Shown one piece after another: positions 41,150-54,000 of a stretch of 64,000 nucleotides of DNA; the first letter of the stretch is position 1; each line of letters starts with the position of its first letter. The stretch lies in the NCBI RefSeq assembly GCF_009914755.1, contig NC_060927.1; one strand, given 5' to 3'. A program made the translations under genes and the position numbers. Source of the DNA: the human T2T-CHM13v2.0 reference genome, Homo sapiens. The notes under the pieces are model-generated. The model made no database searches. It worked only from the letters and a program-made list of their open reading frames with translations, and was not told where the DNA came from.

Positions 41150-41930
41150 TCACCTTAGCCTATTTGAAACTAAGCTGACCAGATGACATAGTGATGCAAT
41201 TTGGTGTCTATATCCATAATAACCACATCTGTCAAATGTGTATTGTCCGATATTGTTGCAACAGTAGAATTTTTGATGACTCTCTGGATTTAATTCATGC
41301 ATCATTTGGATCTTCGAGATCATTTTATACACCCAAGTTCTTTTTGCAACATCAATTGTAATGATTTGTACCCTCTGGTTTTTTTTTTTTTTTTTTTTGT
41401 AATCACAAGGGATTGTACAATGTAATCTTAATGTTGAGGATATGAAGTTATTTTTTCTTCAACCTCTTTAAATATTAGCAACTATTTCACAGATGGTCTT
41501 TTCTTAAGCGATGTCATTGATTTACCAGTGAGAGCAGCCAAATCTCACTTGGGAAATAATGGTCAATGCCTCTCAGTCATCCATAAATGGAGTTGACCTA
41601 ATGCTAAACTAAGCTACAAGGTAAGAGGGCCATTGAAGAAATTTCTAACACAGATGGTCAAATCAATTCAAATATTACACAATCCTCTATCTTCCTCCAC
41701 CAAATCATCAAAGTTTCCAAACTGTCAAGCCTTTCACTTTTTTCTGAGTTGTCTGAGTGACAGGATATGCTTGAGATTTCCCACATTTCAAAACTTGTCT
41801 TTAAATGCAATTTCTTCATGCATGATGAATAATCAAATATTTACACCTAATAAACATTCCCTACAACTTTTTTTTAGCACAACAAAATACACTATGGTAA
41901 TACTATTCTCCTTAATGCCAATGGCACAAC
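41150..41930 (-). mobile_element. Putative ancient Ty3/Gypsy-like pol fossil (protease C-terminus to RT N-terminus)
   Basis: Manual minus-strand translation gives ordered motif-like peptides: YFVV...CLLGVN, FDDLVEEDRGLCNI*IDL, KKRPSVK*LLIFKEVEEKITSYP, TIDVAK..W, LNPESHQKF...IGQYTFDR...YG. Alignment by eye across stops and frameshifts. Confidence 0.6.
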
Positions 41931-43445
41931 AACAAAAACGAAATCCTGGAAGGAAAGACTTTTACTCCAAGTCAATTTAAAACTTCCTTATTCATTTTAA
42001 ATATTTCACTGCATTAATTTTTCAAAGCAACAAAACAAATATTCATCAAGTGAAACTAAGCATGACCCCCCTCAGATAGGTACATCTGTTGCTTTCCTGC
42101 TGTATCCCTGAATAATTCATTTTAATACATTTAAAGTATACACTTCATTAAAACAAGCTACAGTCATTTACATATAAAATGTACATTGATGAAAACAAAA
42201 ATGAAAGCTGTTAGAAAGCTGATCCTAAAATTTTGTTACTCCTTGTGATTTATATCTAGCTGTCTCTGTCTATTTCCTCCTACAATGATGGTATAAAGGC
42301 ATCTCCACATCCTCTGGCCCATTGGGAGCTTTAGTTATATCAGCAAATAGGTGGGAAAAGTTAGCTGGTATATTTTGATACTCTTTTCCCACAGCCTTTG
42401 TTCATCATGGACAACTTCATCAAGATTTATCGTCACTGTTTGTCCATTTTAGCTCCCTCTGCTCACATCACATAATAGATGTACCATGTATACTGAATGG
42501 CATTTAGGAATCAAAGCCAACACAGAGAATACTAATCAGTTTTAACTTCTTGAAAATTAATCAATTTGTGCTGGTCTGATACAGTGCAGGGAAAAATATT
42601 CAGTTTTATTCACTCCCTGCCCTTTTGAACTCTGTTAACTGATTATCTAAATGGTTTTCAGAAAGGCCTTAATTTTTTTTTTTTACCATTATAGCATTTC
42701 CCCCTCCTCCATTTTTATGGTTATGTCTTAAGTAAGGAAGGGAGAGGAGGGAAGGGGTGGAGACAAAGGGAGGGATGAGAGGAAAGAGTTTAGCAGTTAA
42801 AGACACATTATTAAGTATTCCCTTTAAATAAACTTGCTTTCTATAAATATGTTATTGGAAAAAAGTATTCATATGTCTTACAGATAAAGTTTGAATGACA
42901 TAGAATCAAATATAAAATAATTTATGAGATATTTTCTACGTAATACTTTATCAAAATATTTGACAATTGTCACTATTGCTACTTATTAGAAAAAAGGCTA
43001 TACATCATAAAATCATCAAATTTCAAAGGTTATGTACAAGAACTATGCTATTACACATATTTTTATATTAATAACTAATCATAGCAATGCAGTTTTAAAA
43101 CTCTGTGGTATTTTTCTTTCTGAGGATCCAGAACAATTTCTGTTTATTCAATAGTGCACTTTTTTTGGAAAAGTAAAGTGTAAAAACAAAGCAAAACAAA
43201 ACCTTTTCTTTTAATGGTGACTGGCTGACATCTTACTTTATAGAAACTAGTCTCTGAGAACACACATTTTTTTTCCATATCACAGTATTTTGCTCTTTTA
43301 TAGGATTTCTCAAATTTTCCCAGTTCATGTGACCCTTTTGTCAGGAGAAAAATTACCTGAAACTACATACCTAGTATCTCACTGCTTGCTTCCCCACCTG
43401 TTCCCTTCCCTCACAAGGACATGAGCTCAAGTGTGCATGCGTGCA

Positions 43446-43476
43446 CACACGCATGCACACACACACACACACACAC
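43446..43476. repeat. (CA)n microsatellite with alternating purine-pyrimidine flank
   Basis: Direct reading. Confidence 0.85.
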
Positions 43477-43703
43477 CTGTAAACGGAATGAATAAAGTGG
43501 GTCATAATAGTTGTACTACTGAAAGTCAGTGTAAGTTAATATGCTACTATAGGCTAGTATGAAGAAGTTTTACATTATTTATTTAAAGCCATATCAGAAG
43601 CCAAAACTGTAATGTTTCTTATGTTGACACAGCAATGGGGGTCAGTTCCAGGTTACTAGGAGACTCCATTGTGGTTTAACTATGTTACTAGTACCAAACT
43701 TGA

Positions 43704-44011
<308 letters not shown>

Positions 44012-44239
44012 AGAATCATTCCTCTTAATCTTAGCTTCCTGGCTTGAGAAGGAAAATCCAAATATTTCATTTATTTTTTCTTCCTCATTTATGAGCTAAG
44101 TTTTTCTCTGCCATAAAAGGAAAAACATTCTAAGGCAAATTCCTTCTCACTGTATTTTTTTTATGACACACAGTAAAATATGGTCGCCTTCTAGAAATTT
44201 CTGCTCTTTTTCTCATGTCTTACAAAGCATAAGTGGGAA

Positions 44240-44410
44240 GATTCTAGGCCTTAAAGACTGGCCTGGGTTCAAATTATACCACTTCTCTTTACCAGCTCTT
44301 TCATCTTAATTTCCTCATCCATAAAATCAGGCCATTCATACCTATATTTTGGGGTTGTTGTGAGAATTACAGCATATTTGTATATTCAATAAATGGGAGC
44401 TGCTATCATA
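44240..44410 (+). mobile_element. MIR fragment
   Basis: gcctgggttcaaat...atttcctcatccataaaat...gttgttgtgagaatta. Confidence 0.55.
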
Positions 44411-45479
44411 TTTATTGACTTTTAGGATTAAATTGTCCACAGCTTCCAACATCTCTTTTTCTTCCTTTGAAACTCCCAAACTATCATTTGAGAGACCATA
44501 TGTATTTTGGATATTTCACATCATGAATGTTTAGTCCTGGAAAGTTTGCTTATTTTCTCTGGTGTTTTTGTACCTGTAACACTCTTGCTCTACTGTTAAA
44601 ACCTGACAGCAAGCCTGAGTATAAACCAGGAGCCCTTAGGAATATCAGATTAAGGATCAGCCCAGGAATCTACTTTATGGGCTATTTGCTCACGTACTGC
44701 TATTTATCTATCTGACCGGGCAGTGACAAAGTCAATACCACCAACCACAGCCTTTCTTCTACAGATTCTTAGAAGGCTTTCTACTGTTCTCGTATTATAT
44801 GAACAGCAAAGTTGACCTTTAGTCCAAGGGTATGGATAAATATATCTATTGTGTGTATAACATAACCCCAGTTCTCACAGCAGAAAGAAAAATATGCCCG
44901 ATTATTTGATTGTTTTGATAGTGGTGTTTTAAAAGTTCTAGACTAGCACAATACTTACTGAAATATAACCCATGATCATTTTAACATGCATCGTCCAAAG
45001 AACATTGTTTGCTCCTGACAAATAGCATGTGCCCACGTGTCAATGAAATAAAGCAATAGTTATTTTAGCTTATATGCCCACTCAATTTGTTTATGCCCTA
45101 TTTATAACATGCTACTTATTTTACTTTTAGTCTAAAGCCTTGCATGTCAATATCTAGTTAGAAGTAAGTTTGGCTGCGGGTAAAATTCTGACAGAGAAGA
45201 GGGACAGGTGATTGGTGGCCTAGTAGAGTTAGGGCAGTCTGATATAAATGAAAAAATTAACTAGCATCCGGTGTAGTTGTAACATTTATAAAATGGGAGT
45301 GTGTATATTCATACATTTTATCCTTATTATAAGACCCTTTCTGCCCTTAAGATGCAGCACTCTGAATGGTGAATACTAAAAACACAGACTCTTGATCGAG
45401 GTGAGGGAGTTGGAAGAGGCAGGACAAGAAAGGACGTTGACTTTCTGAAAATGGGACGAACGGCTTTATCTGAAAGCCC

Positions 45480-45835
45480 TAGTACTATAGCTCTCTGATG
45501 GGATCCTATTTGATACTCACAGCCCGTTAAGGCAAAAGAGTAATGTCCTTCTTGGGCAAATGAAGAAGCTGAGGCTCAGGGAGAATAAATGACATAGCCA
45601 AGATCTTGGCAAATCCCTTTCCCTTTTCACTAGTTATATGGAATCAGAAAACTTAAGTTTTAGTTTTATTCTGCCACTTTCTTAGGGACTTCAAATCAGT
45701 ATTTTCACCTGCATAATGTATGATAATAACCCGCGGCTATGCTTATATTTCCTGGGTTATTTTTTAGATTGAAATTAAGTGGTGACTCTGAAGATGCTTC
45801 ATGAAAATTTCAAAGTACTGAATAAATATAAAACA
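45480..45835. mobile_element. Two degraded MIR fragments (- then +)
   Basis: caaatgaagaagctgaggctcagggag...; ggaatcagaaaac...ttctgccactt. Confidence 0.45.
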
Positions 45836-47368
45836 TTATCTAAATGGCAAAATAGAATACCCAGCTTCTGCCCATCCCCATCACAGCATAATATAAATAG
45901 TTTCTATTAAGAGGAGATGTGTGGACAAAGGGGTGTTAAAGACAAAAGCTAAAATTCATTGGAATATCTATCACCTACCTTAATATAGTCACAGTTTGCA
46001 AACTGGTTGTCTTTAGTGTTTAATAGAATAGAGCCAAAAGATATATTTTATCAACACACATTTTATATATGTGTAATATAACACTATATATTATATGTAT
46101 ACTGTTATATGTAATATAACATTAGATATGTAAAATGTATGCATATAATGTGTGATGAAATATATAGACACACATACACACACACATTTGAACACTCTCA
46201 AGCTACAGAAAAATTGAAAGTGAAGAATAAGAAACATATTTTTAAATCACCTGAGAGCAAGTTACTGGTATGGTATATTCTCAAGAAACTGCAATTATTG
46301 TAATTATTGTCAAATGAGTAATTATAAAGAATTTAATCACATTTAATTTGGCAATATTTTATGCATCCAGAGTGCAAAGTAGGCTATTTCATTCTTCTAT
46401 CTGTATTTTTTTCTAAACTGCTTCTGATATTTTATAAAAATCATACAAAATCATTAGAGAACACCTAATCCAAATCCAGCATCACAGATAAGGAAATTTA
46501 TACCAAGTTAAGTCATTTTCCCTGGACTACCAGGTTTCATGTAAATCACTTTATACAAGCAGATTTGACAAAACTTGGTATTTTAACTGCTGCTCTCAAA
46601 AAAATGTAAGACTGAAATTATTTGTGTTCTTTTTCTTCAAAGTGGTCTAGGCATATTCATGTTTGCTATAAAACTAAAAGAAAAAAATGCTGACAAATGA
46701 AATATATACATAAATGTCAGTGTAGAAGCCATTGGTTTAGAAGATCATTTTTAATTGATTAGGGAAATTAACAGAGGAAAACAGAATCACAAAATAGGCC
46801 CAAATAATTTATAATTAGCTCTATAATATATAGACTTATATTCTATTTGCTTTAATGTTTTTTGAATACATGCCAAGTAACTCAGAGGTACCTTGAGCTT
46901 GGCAAATGGCAAAAAAGAACCCTTTATGTATTTTAAGATGGATAACAGAGGCTAAAAATTATATACACTATGTGCCAATCATTGAGATTCAACTCTACTT
47001 TTTTAATACTCTTAAGAAATGATAAAATCTGATTTTATGACACAAAGCCTATACTTCTAACACTCTGAGCTCTGTATGTTTTTAAAAAATGCTGCCATAT
47101 CTTACTATTTATTTCTGGAAACCAGAAATAGGCTAGTCGTTCTTGGAAATTTCACTCTATTTCTAATTTCTTCCTTGTCAAAAAGTCAGTTTGTTCACAT
47201 TCAGAGCATAAATGAAACCTCAATTTGCATAATGCCTTAAATAAATGTCAAAATGAATCTGTGATTTTTTCTGATGTATAAATAAAGATACTAGTTGCTT
47301 TAAACGGTTTAATCAATAACACAGCTTACCACAGTTTACCATGCTTTCTGGGCAAAGAATCTGCGTGT

Positions 47369-47370
<2 letters not shown>

Positions 47371-47407
<37 letters not shown>
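47371..47407. repeat. (TG)n microsatellite, ~18 units
   Basis: Direct reading. Confidence 0.95.
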
Positions 47408-47408
<1 letters not shown>

Positions 47409-47533
47409 CAAAATTCTGTTGAAATTCCCAGTGATATGTACTGAATGAGTTTAATTCCCTATTCTGAAACTACTACTACTAGTATTTTTTAAATTATCTG
47501 TTCTGTGTTTGAATAAGGTTAGATTTCTAAGTT

Positions 47534-48480
47534 TAATCATGCATTGCATAACAACCTCTTGGTTAATGATGGACTGTGTATATGATGGCGGTCTCATCGT
47601 ATTATAATGGAGCTGAAACATTTCTATTGTCTACTAACACTGAAGTCATCCTAATGTCCTAGCACAATGCTCTGCTTACATGTTATTGGTGATGCTGGGT
47701 AAACAAATCTACTGCACTTCCAGTCATATAAAAGTATAGCAATACAATTATGTACAGTCCATAATACTTGATCATGATAATAAATGACTGCATTAATGGT
47801 TTATATATTTTCTATACTATACTTTTTATGGTTATTTGAGAGTGTACTCTTTGTACTTATAGAATAAAAAGTAATTGTAAATAGCCTCAGGCAAGTCTTT
47901 CAGGAAGTATTTCAGAAGAAGTCATTGTTATCATAGGAGATGACAGCTCTGTGTATGTTACTGGCCCTGAAGATCTTCCAGTTGGACAAGACGTGGAGAG
48001 CAAAGACAGTAATGTTGATGATCCTGACCCTGTGTAGGCCTAGGGTAATATGCATATTTGTGTCTTAGTTTTTAACAGAAAAGTTTAAACAGTATAAATA
48101 CTAATTTTAAAAATAGAAAACCACTTATGGAATAAGGATATTAAGAAAATTTTTTTGTACAGCTGTACAATGTGTTTGTGTTTTAAGCTAAATGTGATTA
48201 CTAAAGAGTCAAAATTTAAAAAGATTAAGTTTATAAACTAAAAAAGTTACAGTGAGCTAAGTTTATTGTTAAAGAGAGAAAAATATGTTTTATAAATTAA
48301 ATGCAGCCTAAGTATACAGTAGTATACAGTAATGTTCTAAGCCTTCACATTCACTCACCACGCACTCACTGACTAACCTGGAACAACTTTCAGTTTTGCA
48401 AGCTGCATTCCTGGTAAGTACCCTATACAGGGGTGCCATTTTTAATACTTTGTAACATATTTTTGCTGTACTGTTTTGTG
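47534..48480 (+). mobile_element. Tigger3b-like (MER7) DNA transposon, right end truncated
   Basis: atggagctgaaacatttctattg, gcctcaggcaagtctttcagg, gatgatcctgaccctgtgtaggcctagg, ccttcacattcactcacc. Confidence 0.8.
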
Positions 48481-49769
48481 TTTTCCACACTAATTTTTGT
48501 TCAAAATATTTGAGAAGAATGAAAAGTAGCTTGTTCTTTTTCATTCCAGAGCATAATTGATTTTTAAAAACCTATTTGATGCATGAACCATATTTCCCTT
48601 CTCAGAGAACTCGAAACCTACAGGTAAAACAAGAACCTCAGAAAAAGAACCCAGACAAAAAGTAAAAATAGTTTAAAAGAACAGAAATCATTTTGACCAC
48701 TCATTTATTTATTATTGTTTTTATGTCACTATGTCACTGTGCAAGTATTTCAAATCAGCTAAATGACAAAATGCTTCAGCTATGAGCTCTCCCCTTGATT
48801 GTCTAAGCCAATGAAAACACAGACACAGGTAGCCTGATCTGATAATCTAAAAGTTAAGCACAAAACTGTTTTTGAAATGTACCATATTTTGTGCAATATT
48901 GTGCTGCAAATTTAGGATTATTTTGCACTTCCTATTGACCATATCAACTGACAGAGTTTTGATGGATAGTGAAGAAAGCCAGCACAATTTTTAAATCTGC
49001 TTGGGTAAGCCTCACACTCAAAGAAGAGCACAGAGTCTACAAGTAAAATGTAAATTTTATGTAGCAAAGAAAACTAGGAAGATAAAGGTTGCTTTAGTCT
49101 CTTCACTATGTCTGTTCATAGAATCCGGCCTATTATATCATGGCTCATTTATAATTATTACAAGGTGATGGCAGGTTTCTGGACTGTGGTAAATTCTCTC
49201 TCACTTTATTCAGGTATGTCATGAATTCTATTTCTTACAGCACCTACTGAATATTATTCGTTGAGTCTGGAATGTTGATCAAGGAGCTATGCTTTTAACG
49301 TCTATTACTTTTCACCAATTAACTATTTGCAGTTGCTTTTTCAAAAAGGATTGGGATTCTTTTGCCATATAGTGGCAATGGATTTTTTCCAATATTATAA
49401 ACGTCTGAGTCCTGAACATCTGTATTTACTTTCAAATGTCACAACTCATCTACTTTGACTATATGCATTATTAATCTGTAAGATGGTTGCCTGTGAAAAT
49501 ATATGCTTCAATTTACAAATAGACAATTAAGCAGGAAATCTTTTAGAAATAGAGAAAAAACATGACGGGGCTGTAACAGGTTCAAAGGAAAAAGAAAACA
49601 AGTGCAAATACCTGTAACAAAATAGTAAGAACATAAAACTGTCAGTATCAAGATTGCTTTTCACATTGCAACATGACAAAAATGTCACTGTCTCACTAAC
49701 TAAGCAACTGTCTTTTTCTTCTCTGCATAAATCTAGCCTCTAAGCTTTCCCAAATCTTTTTCAGAATGA

Positions 49770-50240
49770 AGCAGAAATTCTCATACATTAATAAACAAAA
49801 TAAAATCAAACATTGTATATGATTACTGCCAAGACAGAACATCTTATTGGAAGACGATTTTGCACTGTGTATTAAAATTTAAAATATGCATAACCTATTG
49901 ACCCAACAATCTTATATGCAGGGTTCTGTCCCACAGAAATAATAGCATGCATACATACAGATATTTGTACAAAGATATTCACTGCAGTATTGTTAGTAAT
50001 ATAAAAAACTGGTATTATAACTCAAGTGTCTTTCAATGAGCAAATGATTTTTAAAACTTTTCAGTGTACAATGCAGTACTACACAGACATTTAAAAAGAA
50101 ATGAGATGGCAATATGGTGACTTGGAAAGATGTTCCACAGCACATTGTTATGTAAAACAAGCAAGTGTAGATCATGAGATGAAGCTCAATCTCATTGTAA
50201 AAATAAAATACCAAAAAAATAAAAAAGTACTATGTGAAGG
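49770..50240 (+). mobile_element. L1ME-like 3' region
   Basis: ttgacccaacaatc...gtacaaagatattcactgcagtattg...gacttggaaagatgttcc. Confidence 0.6.
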
Positions 50241-50817
50241 GGTGTGTGTGTGTGTGTGTGCAATATCTAACTATATTTGGGCAATGGAAAAATAGTAATT
50301 TCATCTTCTAAATTCTAATTGTTTTCTTCCTCTTTTTTCCTCCAGCTTAACCTGAAATTTCAATTTTTTCCCTTCATAAGTGAAATTGTCTTTGTATATG
50401 CAAAACCAAGCACAGTTTTCTAATTTAATGTTAACAAAATTTGAGTCAAAGCTGTGGTAACCCACATACCACATTGATTGGGTGGATTACTTCTCCAACA
50501 CCAGGTTTACTGTAGTAATCCATGGTTTATGGCATTTAACTCTCATTAAAGCACAGTTAACAGGTACCCATTCAGTTATCACCATGCTTCAGGATCACAC
50601 GCTACTTGGGACCATTTTTGTTGTTCATTTTTTTTTGTTAGCTATGTCAGCAGATAATATTCGTATTTCAATACCTCTGTAGCTGAGCATCAAAGCTGCA
50701 TAACTTCTACAGCCTTTCTCCTTCCTGCTATTTGCTCACTGACCTTTTACAAATTTAATTATTTATACCCAATTTGGCTTCTTCTCTTTTTCTTTTTGCC
50801 TATTAATGTATCTAATG

Positions 50818-50980
50818 TAGAATTGATATTGTGAACCACACAATGGAATGTGCTGTAGGAAATCTCTCACCTTCTAAAGCCAAGTGACAAATGAAAAGGA
50901 AAATGCCAAAGGATTTTGCAATTTGAAACAGAGTGCTAAAATAAGGATGCATTGCTGAGGTTATGGTGTAACACATTCAT
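50818..50980 (+). repeat. 163-bp unique-sequence direct repeat, copy 1 (probable donor)
   Basis: Identical to 52948-53110 except C50955 vs A53085. Confidence 0.97.
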
Positions 50981-52947
50981 TTCCTCCCTGGCGGGAAGAA
51001 TTTTACACAATACCTGGATCAGATCTTCTGATCAGATATTTAGTAAAGCACCCAAGAATGCTACTGATTTAATCCAACATCACTCTAAGAATGGGCTAAA
51101 TAATTTAACGTCTGGGTAATTTAACGCCTGGTTAAACTCTTAAAACATTACTATATGCTTCATCCTGTCACCTGCTTGATTATCACTTATACTTGTTCAA
51201 TTGTTTTAAGAATTATAAATTATAAAGAGACAAAAGAATAGGAAAAGCCTTAGAAATGCGTAGGATCTGTCCATTGGATACCATGGCTTGAAAAGAATTA
51301 TAATGATAATAGCAATCCTGATATTTTAATAAAGTTTAGACTTACTTTAAAAGATATTGTAGGAACTTCTACTGCATTATGTTCAATTAAGGACATTAAG
51401 GAAAAACAGTCAGTGAGGAAACATTGATCCAAAATGTAATTTGTCACAGTGATGGAAAAGACATCTAAATGTATATTCTCCTTATTTTTCCTTAAATATG
51501 AAATTATCCAAATATCTAGTTAGTACTGATTTGCGTTTATTTCATAACAGTCAATGGAGAAAACAAAATAAAACTTAAATCACAAAAGATTGTTGTGATC
51601 TCAGATTTTAAGAGTTTAATGACATGTTATAAGAAATTAATAATTTATCTAAAAATCCTTTTTCGAAAGTTCATTGGAGAATTTCATTCTTGTTATTTTG
51701 CTGTCCTTATTATAATAAGGACTACAACTACATAGAAATGATTTGAAGTGCTAGTTATGTTTTCATTGACAGCACTATGATCAGTGGGAAAAAAAAAAAA
51801 AGATCCTGTTAAAATACCTAAGTCTTACTTTTGTTTCTTTAATCATGGGCACCCTTTATGTGTGTGCATGTTAAACCAGATTAGCATTTGCGCATGCACA
51901 TGTATGTATATCTTTTTATTTTAGGTGAGACAATAAATCACTGATATATTAGTAACGGGGCCTTCAACTATGTCAATACTTCTGCCAATGCCAATTTTCA
52001 TTACTAATATTAAATTTTATCATATATTTGATTGATAAATGTTTGTTTTTTGTTTGCCTTAATAGAAGGCAAACAGTTTATTTCAGAGCTTACATCTTTT
52101 GCTCTTGCAAGGCTGTCACTATCTTCTCACAGATTTTTTTTTAGGAATTAGGAGAAAGTACCTGTTTCTGAGCAATCCTCTCAAAAGTCTGATGACTATG
52201 ATGATTAACAGTACAGACTGATATTTCCTGTGAAGGCAGCAGTTTAGGCCGAAATGCTTTCTAATGTATGAAGAAAATAACTTTCAGTTTAGGAATTTTA
52301 GAGGAAGGAAAAAAATCACTTAAGCAGCATCTGTTTCAAGTAAAAATTCTGTTGCTACCACCCCACCATCATGGTCCTTAAATTTTCTTTTCATTGATTA
52401 GATGTTTTCAAATTTTGTTTTACTTCATTTTACTATTATATTGATCCGGTGTTTTAAGGAATTTGCTTGCATTCTTATCAAGGAAGCATCGTTTTCAATT
52501 TAAATAGGTCATTATGGTTAGAAATCTAAAGAAATAGCATAGTTCATTATAGTATACGCTTTGTTAATAGAAGTAATTATTTTCATCCTTATTATAATTT
52601 GACACAATGTTTCCTTTAAAAAACAGTGATCTTAGAAAATACTTTAGGTGGATAAGAACAAGAGACATGATGAGTAATATCTAATTAGAGGTAGGTGACC
52701 TTTTAAGCTCTAACAACATTCTCTACATCTCCAGTTATAAATTTTTATTTCTAACTTAAGAAATTAAACTAATTATGTATTATGGAGGGAATATTAGATC
52801 CTTATATGTCAGTGCAGCTTATTTCTAATTAATGGATGGTTGAAATCTTCAAACTACCTTGGACCTATTTGGCATTTGAGGAATCTCCTTTCAGATGACA
52901 TTTCAAATGCACATATAAACACACGTACACATATGCATATGTGTGCA

Positions 52948-53110
52948 TAGAATTGATATTGTGAACCACACAATGGAATGTGCTGTAGGAAATCTCTCAC
53001 CTTCTAAAGCCAAGTGACAAATGAAAAGGAAAATGCCAAAGGATTTTGCAATTTGAAACAGAGTGCTAAAATAAGGATGCATTGATGAGGTTATGGTGTA
53101 ACACATTCAT
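52948..53110 (+). repeat. 163-bp direct repeat, copy 2 (probable inserted copy)
   Basis: Interrupts a (CA/TA/TG) low-complexity tract; followed by a re-copy of atggtgtaacacat. Confidence 0.97.
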
Positions 53111-53869
53111 GGTGTAACACATGTATACATATATGTGTATGTGTGTTTCCATACATTTTTATTCTAAGACAAATACCATAGTAATAATTAAAGTAATTAT
53201 ATTTCTCTTAACACTCTTGAAAGCTTTTTTCCAAGTAACAGGTTCATGATATACTGAGCTATTTTTTGTTACATTTTGTTTTTACAACATACTAATATTG
53301 ATTTATTTGTTAGACACCAATAGAAAACGCACCAAAGTAATAACAAAGTCTCTCCTAGTAGAGAAGCCTATTACTTACTTTTGATGTATGTATATTTTCC
53401 CAAACTCATTTCTTTGGTAATGAACATTGTCTCCATAAAATTGCATTATCGAATAGTTTGTGGAGGACTACTGTTGTGGCATCTGATCCCAGCATAATTC
53501 TTTCTCTCTTTTAAGTCTAAATTTAAGTCTAAATCCTGTGGTACTGGTGTTGGGGTAAAAAAGAAGGAAGAAAGGAAAATATTTTCAGTCCCTGGGAACA
53601 TGAGGGCATTTTTTTCTCTCTCAGGTGGTGTAATCTTCAGGTAATCGCTGAAGACTGGGGCTCTCCTTGGGGCTCTCTAGTGTGGTCTTTTGGAGCTGCT
53701 CCACTTCACAGTTCCATGACCTGCAAGAGTCATCTCCAGATCCACCTGTACTGGCTCAGCTACCATCCTGGGGCACGCCTGGAAGCCCACACGGCCTCTG
53801 GCAGCTGTCCAGTAAGCAGCCTTCTTAACTGCTGTACAGCAGGACAGTCTAGACTGGCTCTCTTCTGTG

Positions 53870-54000
53870 ATGCTCACTACATTTATTCTACAAATATTTT
53901 GAACACCTTCTATAAGCTGGGTTCTATTCTAGGTTCTTGAGATTCATTAGTGCAAAGCCACAAAAAACCCTTGCTCTCATGGAGTCTACATTCTAAGGTC
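53870..54000 (-). mobile_element. L2 3' end
   Basis: caaatattttgaacaccttctat...cccttgctctcatggagtctacattcta. Confidence 0.65.

Noticed and set aside
41633-41980. 115-aa plus-strand ORF
   Set aside because: TTG start and no homology recognised; it is the antisense of the putative Gypsy-like relic.
47340-47410. (TG)18 as a TDP-43-repressed cryptic exon marker
   Set aside because: I found no convincing adjacent splice-site pair.
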